From the NCBI RefSeq assembly GCF_964204645.1, contig NC_134027.1, positions 16,276,485-16,340,484 of the forward strand: a stretch of DNA of 64,000 nucleotides, read 5' to 3'. A program made the translations under genes and the position numbers. The stretch's first letter is position 1, and each line of letters opens with the position of its first letter. Positions 23,355 to 37,200 of this stretch are shown piece by piece. The notes under the pieces were generated by a model that worked only from the letters and a program-made list of their open reading frames with translations, searched no databases and was not told the DNA's origin. Origin of the DNA: Tubulanus polymorphus. Taxonomy: Eukaryota > Animalia > Nemertea.

Positions 23355-25760
23355 ATAATAATAATAATTTATTGAGCCTAAAATCCAGTGGGGCGGAGTA
23401 AGAAAAGGCCCTGTGACCCGTAGAGACTAGATTGACACGAGGGATGACTAGAAGTGATTGACTGATCTTAACACTCTAGAGGATGCCTTGTATTGCACTA
23501 ATGATTTCAAATATTGCGGGGCCTGACCATTCAAGGATTTATAAGTAAGGATCAAGATTTTAAATTGGATGCGGTATTTGATTGGAAGCCAATGCAGATT
23601 GTGTAGAATCGGTGTTATGTGACAAAATTTTGAGTTTCGAGTCAGGATCCGGGCAGCAGAATTTTGAACACGTTGTAATTTATCTAAAATGTAAAAGTAA
23701 AGAGTAAAGAGTTGCAATAGTCAAGGCGAGTTGTCACAAAAGCGTGAATAAGGCGTTCAGCAATTCCTTGATTCAAAAACTGTCTGATCTTACTAATGTT
23801 TCTAAGGTGATAGAAAGCTACAGAGCATAAGCGGTTTACATGTTTTACCATGGACATGTTCTGATCAAAAATGACGCCGAGATTACGTAAGGAGTGAGAT
23901 GAAGTCATAACAGCATCATCAAGATTGAGATCAAAGGTGCGAAGCTTAGTAAGCTGTGATGGAGAGCCAATTAGGGAGAACTCAGTTTTGTCACCGTTTG
24001 CCTGAAGAAAGTTTAAATCCATCCAATGTTTAAGTTCAGGGCCCAGTTTCACAAAAAGGTTTAACTCTTAAATCGATTTAATTTCTTCATTAATTCAGTT
24101 TATCTTAAATCGATTTAGGCCTTAATCCTTTTTGTGAAACTGGGCCCAGTATAGCAAAGTTGGAGTGTATTTTTGGACACCAATTCGTTAACTATTGGTT
24201 TTATCCTGATATACAACTGTGAATCATCTGCATAAAAATGAAAATCTAAATTGAATTTCCTAATGATATCGCCAATAGGAAGAACGTAAATGGTGTACAG
24301 CAGTGGACCTAAAACAGACCCCTGCGGTACACCAAATTTGAGTAAACATGGTTCAGACTTAGAGTCGCCTTTACAAACAGTTTGATAGCGATCAGTAAGG
24401 TAAGATTCTAACCATTGGTAGCAAGTACCTGACAGACCAATTCGGTGTTTAACACGAGCGAGTAGAGTATCATGGTCAATAGTGTCGAAGGCGGCACTCA
24501 AATCGAGCATAACCAGCCCAACTACCATACCCTGGTCAATTGACATCAAAATATCATTCTGAACACGTACAAGAGCAGTCTCTGTACTACAACCTGACTT
24601 ATAAGCCGACTGGTAAACCTCATGTAAACCATTATTTTGAAGATGTTGATTAAGCTGATAAGCTACTACTCGCTCCATTACTTTTGATATGAAATGCAGA
24701 GTAGACATTGGTCGGTAATTTTTGAGACATTCAACATCACGACTAGGTTTTTTTAAAAGCGGATGAATATATGCAACTTTATAAGAGTCCGGAAAATCAC
24801 CGGACTCGAGACATTTGTTAATCATAACAGTAAAAAACGGAATGAGGTAAGGTAAAGCTGCTTTTAACAGCCATGTAGGAATGGCATCGAGTTTACAATG
24901 CTTAGAAGGAGACTGCATTATAAATTTGGCCAGCTCAGCCTCTGTAACCAACTTAAATTCATCCAAGTGAATACCATTGAATTCGGGTTCGTCCAAGACT
25001 GTAGTGGAAGGACTAGGATGCGAATGTCATCATTAAACCAAGGAGCGTGGGGACGAAGTATAATTGGCTTTGTGTAACAACAGGGGCATGTTCGTCCAGT
25101 GAAGAGGTCAGAGCGGCGTCTAGCTCCAAGGCCATGACGCGGGATCGCGAAAATTTAACATATCCACTCTACTCTTGAACGACTCACTAGTTTTCTGTAA
25201 GATATAGTTTTTGTTAAAGCACACGGATGTGAGGTATTGACAGTAAAGGTAACTGGAAAATGATTGGAAAAAATCTTCAGAAAGGCGGGTGATCACTAAA
25301 TCCAATGTATGGCCCTTCCTGTGCGTTGGTACATTGACATGTTGACAGAGGTTGAAGGAATGCAGAAATGATAAAAATCTCTTGGCAGTTGAATCTTTTG
25401 GATCATCCACATGGAAATTTATATCACCAACAACTAATAATTTACTAGAACAAGCAATGGTTTCTTCTAGATTTCCAAATTCAGTCAGAAACTGGGAAAC
25501 AGTAAATCTATTCTTTCTGTTTGGAGGTGGGCGATAAATGTTAATCAGACGTATACAGCTTTCTTTAAAAATCAAGTCTATAGCTATCGCATCGAAACTC
25601 TTGGCATTTGGAAGTTTAACCTCCTTCGGTTGCAAGGTGGCATCATAGATAATTCCGGCACCGCCGCCCTTTCCATTACACCTGGGTGAGTGCATTAAGT
25701 TATAACCAGACTGTTTAAAGTTGGCCTTCACAATGCAGTCATATCCACCAGAACACATCT
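23355..25760 (-). mobile_element. Decayed L2-clade LINE (endonuclease + RT), ORF1 absent, with internal deletions
   Basis: EN IYRPP, GDINFH, GHTLDLVI; RT DLSAAFDTIDH, GVPQGSVLGP, YADD; L2-type C-terminus RLDYCNSLL, LHWLPI, GHRAFSYSAP; aataaa + (tta)n tail. Confidence 0.9.
24040..24146. mobile_element. 107-bp Harbinger-like MITE inside the L2 RT
   Basis: TIR ggcccagtttcacaaaaagg / cctttttgtgaaactgggcc; CAG duplicated; excision restores LQLCYT|ELKHW. Confidence 0.9.
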
Positions 25761-26689
25761 TTCATGTAGTCCATCGAGAATTGTAAGCTTCTGTAAACGG
25801 TTGGGTGTTGTACGAGCAGGCTGGCTTGGGAACTAGCATTTACACCAGCGGTACCGGATTCCATCCATCAGGAACAGCAAGGCAGTTAAACCTTATATGT
25901 ACAATCTTTATTGCAACTCGGAATCTGAATGATTAATATATAAAGACATAGTCTTTAAATACAGAATCATGAGTATGAAATGAAAACCAGGAATAAAGAC
26001 ACTAAATATTTGGATGGATATATGAAAGCTGTGGGTACTGGAGTGTGTAATGGGTAGTGTAGTGTGATCTGTGTGCATTTGTGGCCAGCACACAGATCAC
26101 ATTGTTCATTGGGGTTTGGTCCAGTACTCGCGAGATTTTCAACAACACGGAAGTAACGTGTAATAAATGATGACTTGAATTGCATGACTACCTACCACCC
26201 CTCATTATTGTTGGAAAACTAAACGTTCCGCACTGACTAAAAATTAGTAATAACATTTTAGAAATGGCCAGAATTTTAACTTAGGTTCTATCTCATTTTC
26301 ATTTTAAGATTGCGATTGGTATAATTTTTTTTTAAACGGCCGTTAAGGCTTCATGTTTCATCTGCAATTCACTGCAAATAGTTACGCAACTACACACATT
26401 TCAGTGTTTTTGGCAGCTGTACACTCAATCGGCACTGTTCCTGACTAGCTTCACTGCGGAATTATCATTAATTAACATCGCCATATCACATCATCAACTT
26501 ATATTGTGCCTTAAAACCCTAACAGCCGAAATAATTGAAATGCACACACGATTTCTATCATTGAAAATGGAGAGAAAGGCCATGTTTGTGTTCTGCTGCT
26601 TCGCGTAAATACCACGCGGTGGCGCAACCGCGCGGAGTGGGGCTGATACGTCTAGGTGTCAGACAACTTGTAGACATCAGGACTCACTA

Positions 26690-27595
26690 ACTAACACCTA
26701 GTGGCATGTTTGAGAGACATTAATTAATCATTGATGAGCACTGACTAGAGCACATATTGATACCAAAATTATCATATTATGTATTTCATGAAGTAAGAGA
26801 TACAAAATATCATGAACATTTCGATATGAAATCGTAGAAATATATGATTATAAATTGTGTGACTTATATCAGGGTGACACTTTATTGTGCCAACAAGAAA
26901 TTCAAGATGGTTGTTCTGATTTGATGACCGATAACCTCTATTTTGAATCGGGTGCACCTGCACCAATCCTTACACGGACTTTCATGAAAAATCATTCAAG
27001 AATCGTAGGCTGTATTGTGCTAACAAGAAAATTCAAGATGGCTGTGCTGGCAGTCATTTTTGAAGACCGATGGCCTCCATTTTCGATAGGGGTGCACATC
27101 TTACCCGCCAAAACTCAGTCATTAAATTTTATGAAAATCCCTCAAGAATGATAGGCTGCATTGTACAAACTAGAAATTCAAGATGGATGCTCTGGTGACC
27201 CCGTGGTGGCCCATTACCTCCATTCTCAATGTATTCAGCACCCACTGGTGGCCATGTGACCTTGAAACTTTGCACAGCAGCCTTTCATTCTACCAATGAC
27301 ATATCTGCAACATATTTTCATTTTCTAATCTGCTTCATTTAGAAGTTTACCTGACATCATCTTTTTCATGTATAAAGCATCCAAGAAAACTAAGCTGCCA
27401 GTGAGCCATCTTGGATCCAAAAACACAGATGCAGAACTACATATCCAGACAGACATATGTGAAAAGTTACAAGAAAAGAGAACCTGTAGTTTAGGAGGAG
27501 ATATCCGGACAAGTTTGTGTCCAGTGAAAGACGATGGACGCCGCATGACAGACTTGACTCTTGTACAACTTCGTTGCAGAGAGTATAATAAACTT
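26690..27595 (+). repeat. Second HINE-like repeat family with aattcaagatgg tandem units and a 3' hairpin
   Basis: aaattcaagatgg at ~26899, 27030 and 27175; ends gacgatggacg...actcttgtacaacttcgttgcagagagt. Confidence 0.5.
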
Positions 27596-27672
27596 TCAAG
27601 ACAAAATTAGCAGGCAATTGAAGTTGCAAAATGATTAGTCATTATATGCAACTGAGATGAAATTGTAAATAC

Positions 27673-27827
27673 CTTTCTATTTGCTTCTCTTTATCTTGAA
27701 TGATTTCCTCTAGATTGGATAATGTACTATCTGAACATGTGCGATCAGCGTGCATTGTAGCAATACACGCTTTAGTAGAATTCAATTGGGATTCTTTTTC
27801 ATTTATCTGCTCCTCAAAATTTTCAAT
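27673..27827 (-). CDS. ERC1: ERC/ELKS/CAST-family protein, internal coding exon (second in window)
   Basis: Acceptor tttaatttgtatag, donor GTATTT; 155 bp, phase 0/2. Encodes IENFEEQINEKESQLNSTKACIATMHADRTCSDSTLSNLEEIIQDKEKQIE(R); compare ERC1 IENLQEQLRDKEKQ...LEEALAEKERTIER. Confidence 0.9.
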
Positions 27828-28854
27828 CTATACAAATTAAACACAAATTACATATGAAAATAAAACAATCATTATGCCGTCTTGTTTATACCACCACTTA
27901 CATCTCAGTTGTGGACTAAGAGTAGTGTCAACCCAGGCTATTAGTTTCTGAAAAAAATAATATTAAACAACGTGTCTACGGACGGACAACGGACGAAAAG
28001 TGAGCACAATAGCCCGCTGGCTTTAAATCCCAAGAGGGTTAAAAATCAGTCGACCAAAGCAGCATCAAGTCATCTTTTACATGTCGGGTCCCTAGTGGCC
28101 AAACTGAGAATCCAATCGAACCAATTTTCAATAGCGTTTTGCCCTACTTGTGTAACAAGTTTGAAACAAAGTGCCCATGGGCACAGTAAGATTCAGTGCA
28201 GAAGTTAGTGAATTGAAGGAGTTAATCATATCCACCATACTAGACCATACATTGGTTTAGTAAGGTGTATACTTGACATAAAAGGAAATGCATGTTTTGA
28301 AAGTGTAAGGTAATAAGATTTAAATGACAAACAGTTGTTTATACAAGGAAGAGAAGGTAAATACGTAACCCATTTTAAGTAGGCCTAATAGGTTTTGAAA
28401 TGAAATACATATAATCATTATGAATTATAAGCCTCCTAATAAATTATTAGTTTTCGTTATATCAAAAGCATCTCAGATGTCATATTCATATTTTTGTTGC
28501 TGAAGCTGAAATCAAATCTAGCTGTATCGGGAGATTAGAAATTCTAAGTTCCATACAAACTCTGTCCAGATTTTCAGGATTCAAAGCCAAGACCTAAGGA
28601 TAAAAAATTGATACCTTGTCTCTCCACTCATCGCTGAGCTTAATAGTTGACACAGCCGGCCATATATCTACCTTGTTTATTACTTTTTTTAAACCATGAT
28701 CAATGATATTTTATGATATCAGACCAGGCAGTTTAGAAATGAACTGATAAACTTTATAACAGTTTACAACTAAACAGATTCTTTCTGTTTGGGTGGGTTT
28801 ATCAAATTCGGCTTTAATGAATTGTTCATCTATTTATACACTTCAGTGCAAGTC

Positions 28855-29815
28855 AAGGCATGTTTTCACACGATGCACACTTGAATTCAAACATACATCG
28901 CTCAAACGTCGGCAGTGGGTCGGTCGGTTGGCCGTTTTTATCAAAAATAAAATTTATTTCAATGAATCCCAGAAAAAAAGTTTTCACTCGGTACCTTTGA
29001 AGTCGGGTCGGTCAGGTTAAGGCAAACAGACCATTAATATGGGATGGCCTAAAATTCATATGATGTCACATATCAGAGGGTGGCTCAATATTGGGTCTTG
29101 GAAACCTCTTCCAATGTTGGCCGCGGAAGTTAAAATACCGGTACAGAAAGCGGCTATTTGATCATTTTGAATCCTGGAATTCACGACTACAATATTCAGA
29201 CCTCGACCTATACTTGTAGTTTGCTGCTTAATATTTTCAGGTCACAAGAAATTACAATTTATTACAAATTCTATCAAACAGAAAACACAGCGCTCATCTT
29301 CTGCTACGATTATTCAGCCTATTTTCATGTCAAACGTGCACGCGTGCAGCACTCCGCGCGCGCCTGGAGGCCTCGTGTAAGTGAATGTTCGCTTACACTT
29401 CAATGTCAATCAAAACAATCACCGGGTATTAAAATGAAACAATACCTATGGCGGATGTATGAAATAATTACATCTTCACCAGCAATGAGCATTTGAAATG
29501 CGCACGTATACAGCACCTAGTCCAATGAAACGTACGTCATTCTATGGCTTTCCCATAATTATTTAGTAGTGCGGAATTCCCCGTATATCCCAAAAACAGC
29601 CAATCCCATTCGCTCGTAGAGACGACGCCACCCAATCGAGGTCATTGCAATTTTATACGTGAGAGCTAAGAATTTTCCCGCCAAAAACAGTTTTTTGTAG
29701 AATTTTAACTCCGTTGACCATGTCATCGACGGAGATTCGCCATGTCTTCAATCGCATCGATTATACGTCGTTTAGGCCGAGAACCAATGAAACAAATGCT
29801 CACATAAAAAAAATT
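28855..29815 (+). repeat. ~1-kb dispersed composite repeat, second copy at ~62352-63348
   Basis: Long near-identical colinear blocks from aaggcatgttttcacacgatgc to aaatgctcacataaaaaa. Includes a segment related to the Tc2-like MITE (ttttcaggtcacaagaaat). Confidence 0.85.
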
Positions 29816-31964
29816 TGAATCGAATCAACCCAATCATAAAGAGAGTTATGCCCTAAGTGATGCCCTGCTTGTGTACTAAGTTTGAACAAGGCGACCCATG
29901 AAGACCATGATCTTTGGTATCAATAAATCATTAGTGATTAGGATTTTTTAACCTTGACCTTAGAATTCCAAAATCAGTATGGCACATCCTCTCCCTGGTA
30001 TAATCATACTATGAAATAGCAATGTTCTGCTATCAATGGTTCTTCTTGAATCTTCTTGAATCGCATTTATGTTTCTGTGAAGGTTTCTGTGAAGCAGCAG
30101 AAACCCTAATGAACAAAGAGGAATGGCCTCGTAGCTCGCCAACAAACTACCAGAAAATGAAGTGAAATATTCATTATAAAAGTTAAGCTGTGTGGCCGCC
30201 GACAAGGTTCCAAGTAGAGAATAATAAGAATTACATGTTTTCTTCATTTGCGAAATACAAGGTATGTTTAGAAGTACAAGCTGAATTTTAGGTTTAAGTA
30301 TTATTTTCTTAAATTCATGATCATGAATTTCATACAAGAGGTCCATGGACCTTGAGACTTCGTCGAGATAATCAAAAGTTCTAGTTTGGGAAAAGGAACA
30401 AGTCCCGCCTCGCCGGGCAGGCTGGGTCAATGTATCTAAACGTATCAATTACAATTATAAATATAGCTGCAAAGCAGCGATAACAGATTATCTGTGCTGT
30501 AAATGCATATTAATATTCGAAATGAAGGGAATACTAGAAATCAGAATTTTGCATTTTTGAGAATAGAACCTAATGTGGCACCACTGGTACTGAGCCAAGG
30601 TATACAATCCTGTAAATGACTGGTTACAAAAGTTGGGGAGATATTTATGGATGGAGCGCTATCATTGTAGAACATTGGCTGGACGTTTGCTTTTGTCACA
30701 CGATCGTATGGAGAGACACCATATTGAATCCCTTGAATAACACAGGCTTAATTTGTGATACTGCGAACAATGATAAGAACAGGAAATACTTGTTACTTCT
30801 AAATATCATTAATAAAGGATTAATGGTCCAGTGGCTCACCAAACTGAAGTAAAAGATTTGTCATGTATAGGCTACTAGTACGCAAAAATTCATTTAATTG
30901 AAAATTAAAAAAGAGAAAATATAAATTTTTGATGAGAATGAAATCTTTGAAAAATTGATTATGGGGATTTTTGTCTCCAAATTAATGTTCATAATTTTAA
31001 TACACTCATAGAATGACATATAAAACAACTAAAACTATGAGTGACCTGGCAAAGTGAAAGCCTGGGTTTCATCGGAGGTCTTTTATTATCATAGGGCCCA
31101 ATTAGGACAGAAGCTCCCAAGTTTATGCAAATTTGAGCCCAGTGCCGTTTACTGACAAAAAAGTTTATCAACTGACATGATCTTTTAAATAATTCAACGA
31201 TAGGATTGCTTTTAGTAGGCAGGCAAGTTTCCATCTTCACTTAGACAAATAGTTGTATTGGCGACCTGCGCCTTGGAGCACATTATCTATAACTGATATG
31301 CAGTGAACATGAGAGTATAAGGCGATATCGCATACGCGACTGTACAGGACTGTTTTCAACACAAACGCTCATCACTGTGCTGCGAAAAGGAAACTAATAC
31401 AAATAATCAGGCTCCAAAATGGATCTTTAATGCGTCAATAAAATGACTTCAATTAATGATGATGAAACAATAATTCAAGCCGTATCAGCTATCAGCTGAT
31501 CAGTATCATCAGTGAATCAGTCGTGTGGCGAACATGGAAGGAAATTTCCACTATTTGAAACCAGATTTAGGTCAGACATCGTGATGCCTGATTCATCGAA
31601 ACGCCGTGCGATTAGATCTTGGAACAAGACAATTTGGTCACGGGTCATCATCATGCACAGAACAGGATGTGCATTTGTTAACGGTAGGATCATTATGCGG
31701 TTAATGCATGTGGTTCGGGCACTTAGAACTTAAAGGATTTGTGACACATAAGTCAGGTTTTGCATTCTTAATGATTAATTTGATAGATGAATTATCGTAG
31801 ATTGGACTGATATCAATAAAACATTTCTACGGTTTCGCTAACTGGTTTAAATACGACTTTTAATAGAAATTCCAATGATTTGTTGACATTTTACTACATT
31901 ACCACGTGCGTTGGCAATGACGTCATCGAATGACGTATAACCGAGAACAACAAACAGAAACAAA

Positions 31965-32878
31965 ATGGCCGACAATAGCGAATGCAGTGATTATTCTTCC
32001 GACAATTCATCCTCATCTAGCGAAGTGGGCGAAAATATAAGCGAAAGAGAATTCTCAGATGAAAGTGCACTATCATCTGAAATTGAGGTGGGTGAAATGG
32101 GGCCCGATATGGTAGTTTTTAATGCTGCAAAGCCGCCGTATTTGTACGAGCCCGATGCATCTGACGATGACCAAGACGGCGCTAGACCAGACAATACACC
32201 GGATAGAATCTATAGATTAGATGTTCATCGGTTCAATGAATGGTAAGGGATTTCTATTGTTGTTAACAAAGTATGGGGCGACACTATCTTAGGATAACGG
32301 TGGCTTCGGTTATTAAATTCATCCGTCAACCAAGAGTATAACAGAAGACTTTCTATAGTCTTAAATTTTGTAGTTTTTTTGTACAGCCGGTATCTAAGGA
32401 ATTCAGTATAAACTAAACCATCTAAAACGGCAATCAGAGACTACTAAAAAGCCTACCCTTACCCGATATCTCATTCCAGACCAGAAGTAATTAGATCCAC
32501 CTTTCTTTCTTGATGGAATGTTTCAATTTATTTTCACATGCACCCATTGTCAGATTCCTACAATGGAACCGGAATGTGTGTGTTGCAGTGAGATAGATAT
32601 TGTTGCAGGGAAAATTCGAGAACGGTGTGGTTATAGAAATCAATACGGCAGAAAAGCATTTGAAGGGCAGAACAATGATAAATACAGACATATTGCGTAT
32701 CGCCAGTTTGTTCCTTGGTGCTGAGGATTCTGTGGACCTAAGATAAGGGTTATTTTGCCATCTTGTGTTGTTTCATGCATCCGGGCACACTTTCCGAAAG
32801 ACGGTGATGAAGAATTCGCCATTTATAAAGGATTCAGACTTCCAAAACTGGACGACGAAGTGAATTATGTGTGTAAAT
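31965..32878 (+). pseudogene. KolX accessory gene (P2X7 C-terminal-like Cys-rich domain), two exons, premature stop
   Basis: Acidic N-terminus, PYLYEP, donor TG|GTAAG at 32243, then CTHC...ECVCCSE...YRHIAYRQFV.W.*G..G...RVILPSCVVSCIRAHFP. Confidence 0.85.
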
Positions 32879-35149
32879 AATATATAAGTATCTTTATAAA
32901 CGAACATAATTATTTCAGGAATTACAGTTTTTCATTTATCGTTATCTTTATTTTCTACAATTACAGTTTTTTAAATCAATTTCTCTTCTGTGGCTGTATT
33001 GGTCATGAGGATTGAGGCTTGGATTGGACGATTTCTGTAACTTTCTTGAAGCGAGACAAATGCTGGTTTACGGCTTCTCCCTTCGTAACTTTCACTTTTC
33101 GAGAACTTAAATGAAGTGGAGGAGTACAGCAATCACTCACTTTGACTTCCTTGGTTGCAATCTTTATTGCTGTGACAATGCATTAATCGACATAACCTAA
33201 AAAAGATATTTGATGAATCAAATGAAGAGGATTCGCTTTCAATTATAGACAGGCTTTAATGATATGTTTATAAACAATTGAGATCGATAATCAAAGGGTT
33301 CCAATATGCATCCAATTGTGACCTACCATATGTTGCTTTGGTCAATATTCTACGAAGTGTGTGACCATCTTAGTGCTTTGGGTAAAATACAGTGAAACGC
33401 TCATTTCCATCTTTAGTTTTAGCTTGAAGTCTGCCGCTATTCTCGTTGTAATGCAAGATTGCTGTGCACATCCTAAAAATTAAATCATTTTTCATATTTT
33501 ATGCGAGAATATTATCTGAATATCTTATCTATTCCATATCGCCTGGTTTGAATCATACAGATGTAGCAAGTTAAAACAAAAACCAGATGGCAACACTAGC
33601 TAGTTGGAACCAAAACACAGCCACGAAGGATTTTTAAGTCTCAGGTTCATGTCCCACGGCACTTAAGGTTTATGGAAATTAAAGAAATATCACAGGATAA
33701 GCTCCAATTTGTAGACACTAATTTATGAGATGAGTGTTGAGTGTTTTCACAAGTTGAAGCTATTCACAGCTTCTTTTCACTAACCTGCTAAGCATTCCTA
33801 TATACGAAAAGTGTATCATCTTAGTTGCAAAGTGGTTTAACACACTATGAAATGCTTCTACAGAGCTCGTCTGCCCATACAATGACATATTTCCGATTTG
33901 ATTCACTGTTCTGGTGTTTTTCATTATTTTCTCGAGCTCACTTGCGGCATATGTATCTAGAAAAATGGCGAAATATAATATGTACATATATGATGCAACT
34001 AATCACCCATGTATCAAGTCATTAGCTTATGAAGACTTTTGGTTATCATAGATACCTGGTAATATCCATTTTTTTTTCTTTTCATAATCTCCATGCATAC
34101 AGTTTTCATGATTGTTTGAAATATGTTCCAAACAGGTTTCCCACTTTCGTTTTATATCTTCATGGTCCCTAGGTTTCGACGACATAGCGCCTCAATACAG
34201 GTGAACTCGGATACTTTGAATCCAAGTTTGAATATTTTCGAGACCTTTCTTTTTACTGAGTTTCTTGAGTTTCTTAGTCATTGCTGCAAAACATAATATT
34301 ACACAGAAAATAAATGTCTATCGTTCTCATACCAGAATGAGTTAACGCCAAGAGAAATTGATATTGATTCAAAGTATTGAATTGAATTGAATTGAATTTA
34401 TTTCGCATTTCAAAATTACATTATAAAATAGAAAAATTTACAGGGTTTCGTGTGTAAAGTGGGATGTTATAACAAGATTTTGATTTGATAATTGACTTAC
34501 CCTTCACACAATACCAGGTATCAAAGTAATGAGATACTTTCCAGGTGTCGCGAGCCCACTTATGTACTGAAGGGTGCATATCGCTAATGAAAGCTGTGAT
34601 TTCGTACGTCTTCAATCGTTCTGCAGCACGTTTCAGACCTGCAATTTCTATCGCGTTTGATGACGTTACCTCATTTGACTAAATGAATAATAAGATTATG
34701 TTCTTATAAGTAAGAACTAATATTATTTTAAAGGACCAAAATTTCAAATGATATACCACACCTGTATCAGTTCTGACGAAATTATCTTATTACATTTCAG
34801 GTCCATTATCGAATAAGTACAATATTGTCCTGGGCTGTCACACCTAGCATCCCCTCCAATGAGAAGTGCCGATCCTTTGAGGCTGTCGAGTAAAGACTGA
34901 CGACTTGATTTCCAAACAGAGTACACTGCCTTATGTACAAACTGTGCTTGGTGTCGAAACGCAGTTCTTGTACTCATGCGCTGGATCCCTGCCAACCTAT
35001 AAGCAGATAATCCAATAATGATAATTATCTATATTATAAAGCGATCAAAATGTAAATCTTTTACTGAATGCTTGATTTTCTTTTTCTTACCTGAGCAGTC
35101 GTATAACTTTAGAGGTGTGATTTCCAGTCAGCACTATCAGTGAACTTAA

Positions 35150-36384
35150 AGGGGTCATAAGAGGTTTTGAAAAAATTTTTAAATCTAATTTTTTTTGTAT
35201 AAGACATTCACCGTATGCATCTATAGTAGTCTAGTGAAAAAAATTTTCAAATAACTTTATCCAAACTCGAGAAAAGCCCGTAGCAATGGCCCTAGCAACG
35301 GGACGCTCGCGTTTGCGCGGTGATGTTGATGACGTCATTCTCAGAACACATCGTCTGCAGCACACTCAGAAGCCTTATTATACAATGCTCATTTTCGTTG
35401 AATATCGCGCTAATTCTACCGTCTTTCGAAATGCCTTGGCTGTGTGTAGCTATGGACTGTTCCCACAAAAGCAGCGACAAAGTTTAGTGGCCAAAACCAA
35501 AGATTTAGCCCTAAGATGATGGACCGTAAGAGCGAAAACACTCGGCCTATGTGTAAACTAGCTTCACACTTTAGAGAAGGATTCTCGCAAATATTACAGC
35601 ACACATAAACTCGGATACACAAAACTTATGTTTTTATTATCTGAGAGCCTTTTATTCTGCCAAGTGATGCTATTTTTGCGAATTAAATACCTAGTAAGAG
35701 ATACGCGCTTTCCACTGCATATAGTACTGGCTTTCCCCAGTGACCCACATCGCTGTAGTGTGTACAACATACTGACTGTATGTATGCAGCACATGTTACT
35801 ATTATACGGCCGGGATGGCGCAGGCAGGGCTGGGATTCACGAAAAAGTTTAGGTTTCAGGACGCTTTTATGGTCCAGTACTGGATAAAAATATCTCTACC
35901 CACAGAAATATCTGCTATGTCTATATCAGTTATCCCCTCCTCGTGGTTTTTATAAAGAGGGAATGACTTAAATGATGATGAATGCTCGCTGCTCCACGAC
36001 GTAGAAATATGCCGTACTATAGTAACAAATTCCTTCGTTCTGAGGCATCAGGTCCATATTAAATGGAATAATTTTGACTGTCTATTAATTAACTTCAGAC
36101 GTTTGATTGGAATCTGATGTATTTGAGTCACTATTTTGCACTTTAATCGCTGTTTGTTTCTATACACTACACCAAGTTGTTTTGGTTTGGGTTCTCAGAA
36201 TGACGTCACACTTCCGAAAGACGTCACACTTCCGGGTTGGGAAGGAATCAGCGCGGTCGATCAAAAGTCTGGTTTTAACACTAATTGAAGAATTAAAAAT
36301 TAATAAAACTAAATCAATAAATAGGTTATAATTGATGATAAAAAATACTTTTAGCCATATCTTAAAAACCTCTTCACGACCCCT
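35150..36384. mobile_element. Non-autonomous Kolobok-type element nested in the Kolobok transposase
   Basis: TTAA|aggggtcataagaggtttt ... aaaacctcttcacgacccct|TTAA; excision rejoins PITGLLL|SSLIVLTG. Confidence 0.88.
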
Positions 36385-37144
36385 TTAATAACAGACCGGT
36401 TATCGGGATACGCTTTACACACGGTTCACTTTGCCATTTCGTTTCATGGTGACACTGCTGACATTTCGTCTTCACGGTGAGCTGAGTAGAAATTACTCTA
36501 CGAAGGACAGTGTTTTTCCCAGGACACAAAACGCTAAACATAAACAGTTCCAACAATGCAGATCGGTCAACAATGAATTTTGACCTCTTTTGTAATGGCA
36601 CTTCTGCTTCATCCCTGAAAAAAAATTATACTTATCATAATTATGATATAAGTATTGTAAAAAAACACTGTAGAAAATTAAAATCCTACCTCATTTCATC
36701 AAATACTGAAGAGCTACATTCTTCCAGGGATGAGAATGCCGACCTGTAAAATCCGCGGGGTTTTTTTCTTGAGTTACACACGCTAACCAGCACTACCGAG
36801 CGCTGAAGGCGCGAAGCTATTTCGGGGGGTTCGGGGGCCGTCCCCCAAGAAAATTTTAGAAATTAAATGCGTTTTACGAGCACCATGAGCGATCTTGAAC
36901 CCATGAACGACTATTATATTTTGGAAGGTAATGGCTAGTTCCAATGTAGTACATCCTCATTCGATGACATTTGTAGTGTATTTGAGATTAATGGGTTAAT
37001 ACAATGTTATATACGGCAGAGCGCCCTATCGGTTGTAATTGAGGTTGTAATTAGAGATGGCTGTCAGCCGCTGTTCAGATAAATAAAACGTGATCTGTCC
37101 TGAAGAAGTCGTTGGTGTTTGTGCTTGAGTTGAGATACCACATT

Positions 37145-37157
37145 TGGCGACGAGGAT
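37145..37157 (+). promoter_or_regulatory. Primer-binding site complementary to the tRNA-Ser(GCT) 3' end
   Basis: TGGCGACGAGGAT directly after the 5' LTR complements ...ATCCTCGTCGCCA (tRNA sequence from recall). Confidence 0.75.
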
Positions 37158-37200
37158 CGAGCCGGATTCGCGCAGATTCATCTGATATTAGGTATGCACG

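Noticed and set aside
32518-32878. P2X7 receptor gene
   Set aside because: Only the Cys-rich C-terminal-like domain is present, inside Kolobok TIRs, so it is KolX.
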